From an uncultured bacterium (lineage in GTDB: Bacteria; Lernaellota; Lernaellaia; JACKCT01), in assembly GCA_964591275.1 (NCBI GenBank), contig CAZQAE010000015.1, positions 2,625-66,624 on the forward strand: a stretch of 64,000 bases of DNA, given 5' to 3'. Under the pieces are notes generated by a model. The model had not been told where the DNA came from and searched no databases. It was given only the letters and a program-made list of their open reading frames with translations. The translations under genes were made by a program, and so were the position numbers. Below are positions 61,552 through 64,000 of this stretch, in pieces (the stretch's first letter is position 1; each line of letters starts with the position of its first letter).

Positions 61552-61669
61552 CAATTTCCAGTGTCCGTGCAGGTTGCAAAAAGCGCATCCGTATATATTG
61601 TCGCTGTGTAGAACACCGACGACATGGCCGCATATTCCACACTTTTGGACTGGTGATCTTTCAACCCAT
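61552..61669 (-). pseudogene. dfx: Desulfoferrodoxin (superoxide reductase) remnant with internal deletion
   Basis: N-terminal KCGICGHVVGVLH abuts C-terminal FCNLHGHWK; CCG, EKHVP and HPM..H motifs missing; apparent original start damaged (ATGGGTTGA). Confidence 0.75.
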
Positions 61670-61704
61670 GCGACCTTCTTTCTGGATTCCATATTTATCC
61701 CAAG

Positions 61705-62199
61705 TCAGGGACCGACCAGTTGAATATCCACGTGGTTCGCATACCATTTCCCATCATGAAGGTATGTTTCCAGTTCCGCCTTGAGGGTCATCTCGTGAAT
61801 GCCCTCGATTTTAGCCATGTATTCGAGCATGTTTTTCCCGGAATTGTCGGAGGCGCCTTTGGCTGCATTTGTGTAAAATTCGCGCGCCTCCACTTCCCGT
61901 TCGATGGCGAGCTTGAAAAGATCCTCGATCGAATCGATGGAAAATAAAGGCGGCGATCCTTCGGCGGTTTGAATGTCGCCAGGGATGGCTGGAGGAGGAG
62001 CCTGCTCGCCGGTGAGTTTTTTGTAGTAGTCGATGAGCATCTGCTCATGCTTGTCCTCTTCCTCCGCCAGCGCCAGGAACCTTGCGTGAACCAATTCGTT
62101 TTTGATGAGCTTGGCGAAATCCCGATAAAAAGCCGCCGCGTTTTGCTCACTTTTGACGGCCAGACCGATGATTTCAAGAATGGTTAATTCAGAATTCAT
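61705..62199 (-). CDS. Rubrerythrin-like ferritin-fold protein
   Basis: EQNAAAFY, EEDKH, EVEAREFY, EGIH. Confidence 0.85.
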   Translation of the reverse strand: MNSELTILEIIGLAVKSEQNAAAFYRDFAKLIKNELVHARFLALAEEEDKHEQMLIDYYKKLTGEQAPPPAIPGDIQTAEGSPPLFSIDSIEDLFKLAIEREVEAREFYTNAAKGASDNSGKNMLEYMAKIEGIHEMTLKAELETYLHDGKWYANHVDIQLVGP

Positions 62200-62227
62200 T
62201 GCTACCCCCAGTAAATCAAATGATAGG

Positions 62228-62734
62228 CTATTCTTCCATGGAAAATTCCTGAAAATCGAACCAGAATCCAGAACCGCTAACCGCGTCGATCTCAGCCTGG
62301 ACAATCTGCTGGTGCCCGTTTTCAATTTCGAGAAAGCGGGCGAACATTTTCTGAGCGGCGCCAGTCATCTCGCTTGTCATTTTTTTATAGAAATTGATTG
62401 TCTCAATCTCGAGGGCCAAAGCTTTTTTGAGCATGACAAGCTCATCGTCAAAGTCTTTTGCGGCCATCTGCTTTGAAATGTTCTCCAAACCCTTTTGGAT
62501 CACCTCGGAGGACGGCACTTTTGTAGGAATATTTCCCAGCTTAACATCGCCGGATTTTTCCCATTGATCCAGCTGGTCTTTCAGGTAATCGAGATGGTAT
62601 TGTTCTTCATCGGCAAGCGCCGCAAACACCTTTTTCCCCGTCTGATCACCGGACGCCTCCGCAGCGTCCTTGTACATGGCATGGATTATTGTTTCATATT
62701 TGATCGCGGTTTGGATCGCATCGCCGATGGTCAT
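62228..62734 (-). CDS. Rubrerythrin-like ferritin-fold protein
   Basis: EEQYH, EIETINFY, ENGH; ends GFWFDFQEFSMEE. Confidence 0.85.
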   Translation of the reverse strand: MTIGDAIQTAIKYETIIHAMYKDAAEASGDQTGKKVFAALADEEQYHLDYLKDQLDQWEKSGDVKLGNIPTKVPSSEVIQKGLENISKQMAAKDFDDELVMLKKALALEIETINFYKKMTSEMTGAAQKMFARFLEIENGHQQIVQAEIDAVSGSGFWFDFQEFSMEE

Positions 62735-62774
62735 AAGTTACCCCCGTTTGTCTTTTTTCGACACATGATTCAGA

Positions 62775-63200
62775 TCAAGTGTTTTTCTGGGCAAACTCCT
62801 TAAAAGCGGTTAGGGAGTTGAGGAGTCGGACATGCTTTTCCTCATCGTCCAGCAAATACTGGAATAACTCTTTGATGACGGGAAGCTTCATTTCGGCCAC
62901 CAGTTCCTTGCCCAAATCGACGGTCTTTTGTTCGAGGGCGAGGTGCTCGTTGATCATGCCGGATATTTCGCTGATCTCGCCAAAACTCAATGAGGGCGCC
63001 TTTACGGTCATTGCGGCCTTGAGAAATTCCTGGATTCTTTTGTGCTTGGCCGAGTCGGTCCGAATGATATCCATGAATATTTTTATTGTGTCGTTTTTGG
63101 TCGAAGCGCTGATCTTGTTTGTCATTGCAATGGTGTCATCTTCCGCCACCAACCATTCATCGAGAAGTTTCACCTGGGATTCAGTATCATGATGCGACAC
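62775..63200 (-). CDS. Ferritin-like four-helix protein
   Basis: AGGAGG RBS, GTG start; DSAKH, EHLALE, DEEKH. Confidence 0.7.
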   Translation of the reverse strand: MSHHDTESQVKLLDEWLVAEDDTIAMTNKISASTKNDTIKIFMDIIRTDSAKHKRIQEFLKAAMTVKAPSLSFGEISEISGMINEHLALEQKTVDLGKELVAEMKLPVIKELFQYLLDDEEKHVRLLNSLTAFKEFAQKNT

Positions 63201-63228
63201 GTCAACCTCCTTTGAATTTGGTGGTTTC

Positions 63229-63545
63229 TTAATCAAGCGATCCCATGGTTTTTCCGCAACAGAGCGGAACCTGTTGGCCCTTTTTTACAAGGAAGTATTT
63301 ATTGCACGTAGCGCAATAGACAGTGGTGTCTTTCGGAACATAGATCGGCACCTGCTCGTCAATCTCGCCTTCCACCATGAATCTGGCCATGTTCTTTTTT
63401 GAAGGAATAAATTCCCCTACAGGCACGAGTTTTTATTGAATTTCACGCAGTCGACCATAAGGTTCCATAGCAACTGCAGGCTCTTGGTTTCCGCATCGGA
63501 TTCGGGAGTGAACTCCACGAGTTGTTTGTCTCGGTCGATTTTCAT
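63229..63545 (-). pseudogene. Small protein with desulforedoxin-like C-terminus, apparently split by a 1-nt frameshift in an A5 run
   Basis: MKIDRDKQLVEFTPE..VDCVKFNK then frame change to LVPVGEFIPSKK..YCATCNK..LCCGKTM; adding one A at 63430-63434 gives one continuous ORF. Confidence 0.6.
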
Positions 63546-63599
63546 AATATCTTTTCTTCTCTTTATCGCTTTAACAAACTCCGAAACGACATTCTCTCG

Positions 63600-64000
63600 T
63601 TAGGGAGTATAAGGAACGAAATCCCCGCCTTTTGGGAGAGAAACTTCGGATCCTTCGTTTTTCTTACCTGATTTGTATTTCTTTTTTGTTTTTTCGCCCT
63701 CAGAGATGATCAGTTCGCAAACGTCATTCATGTCCTTTGCGCTTTCGTACATCTTCTTCCCCTGGGTGTAGATGGCCATCCCATCGGCTTCCATCTCCTT
63801 GTCCGCCCACATAAGACCTTGTCCGCGGATCATTTTGCCCTTGTCCATCAGCACAGTGGCTTTGGTCATCATACTTTGGCATTCCGCCTTCATTGTTTTG
63901 GCTGCCTGAACCATATCGTCGCCGCAGTTGCCGATAAGGTCACAAGCCTCATCCTTGCCCATCTTCTCCTCGGCCATCGCCCATGAGGCCATAAGAAAGA
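63600..64000 (-). CDS. Met/Lys-rich helical exported protein, N-terminus beyond window edge
   Basis: Tail of signal peptide (SWAMA); many Met and four Cys; no recognised family. Confidence 0.65.
   Translation of the reverse strand, partial: FLMASWAMAEEKMGKDEACDLIGNCGDDMVQAAKTMKAECQSMMTKATVLMDKGKMIRGQGLMWADKEMEADGMAIYTQGKKMYESAKDMNDVCELIISEGEKTKKKYKSGKKNEGSEVSLPKGGDFVPYTP

Noticed and set aside
59087-63200. Ferritin-like proteins as encapsulin cargo
   Set aside because: No encapsulin gene and no GSLxIGSL-like loading peptide visible

Overview
A 64-kb bacterial (Gram-negative, deltaproteobacteria-like) chromosomal segment. I saw no rRNA, tRNA, CRISPR array, phage or transposase. The left ~41 kb mixes housekeeping genes (amgK-like kinase, apbE plus an nqrM-like gene missed by the ORF track, tryptophanase, TauBC-type ABC parts, NRAMP plus an MgtE-N/CBS protein, menA, two LpxL-type acyltransferases, TonB receptor) with secreted modular proteins. 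Nine proteins in the window carry Asp-rich tracts, often with (DDDx)n periodicity. Seven have an N-terminal lipobox Cys followed by the tract. Two lack a lipobox and instead end in an Asp tract plus a terminal double-Cys motif (-SCGC*, -PCCGG*), a mirror-image layout suggesting an undescribed C-terminal Cys anchoring signal. 41.6-49.2 kb is a signalling cassette: a kinase-less sensor, a V4R remnant, a sensor-less hybrid kinase and a REC-HD-GYP protein. 52.7-64 kb is a long minus-strand O2/iron-stress cluster (FprA, rubredoxin, cydAB, ZIP, ferritin, five further ferritin-like proteins, and a UGA/SECIS selenocysteine peroxiredoxin). Three genes (V4R, iorA, desulfoferrodoxin) are hollowed out by internal deletions that keep both ends. 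Non-coding candidates: a promoter-to-terminator ~95-nt sRNA with anti-SD motifs, a structured PPG-containing leader upstream of the Mg/Mn transport operon, and several REP/REPIN-like palindromic elements. All calls come from motif recognition by eye; no database searches were run.
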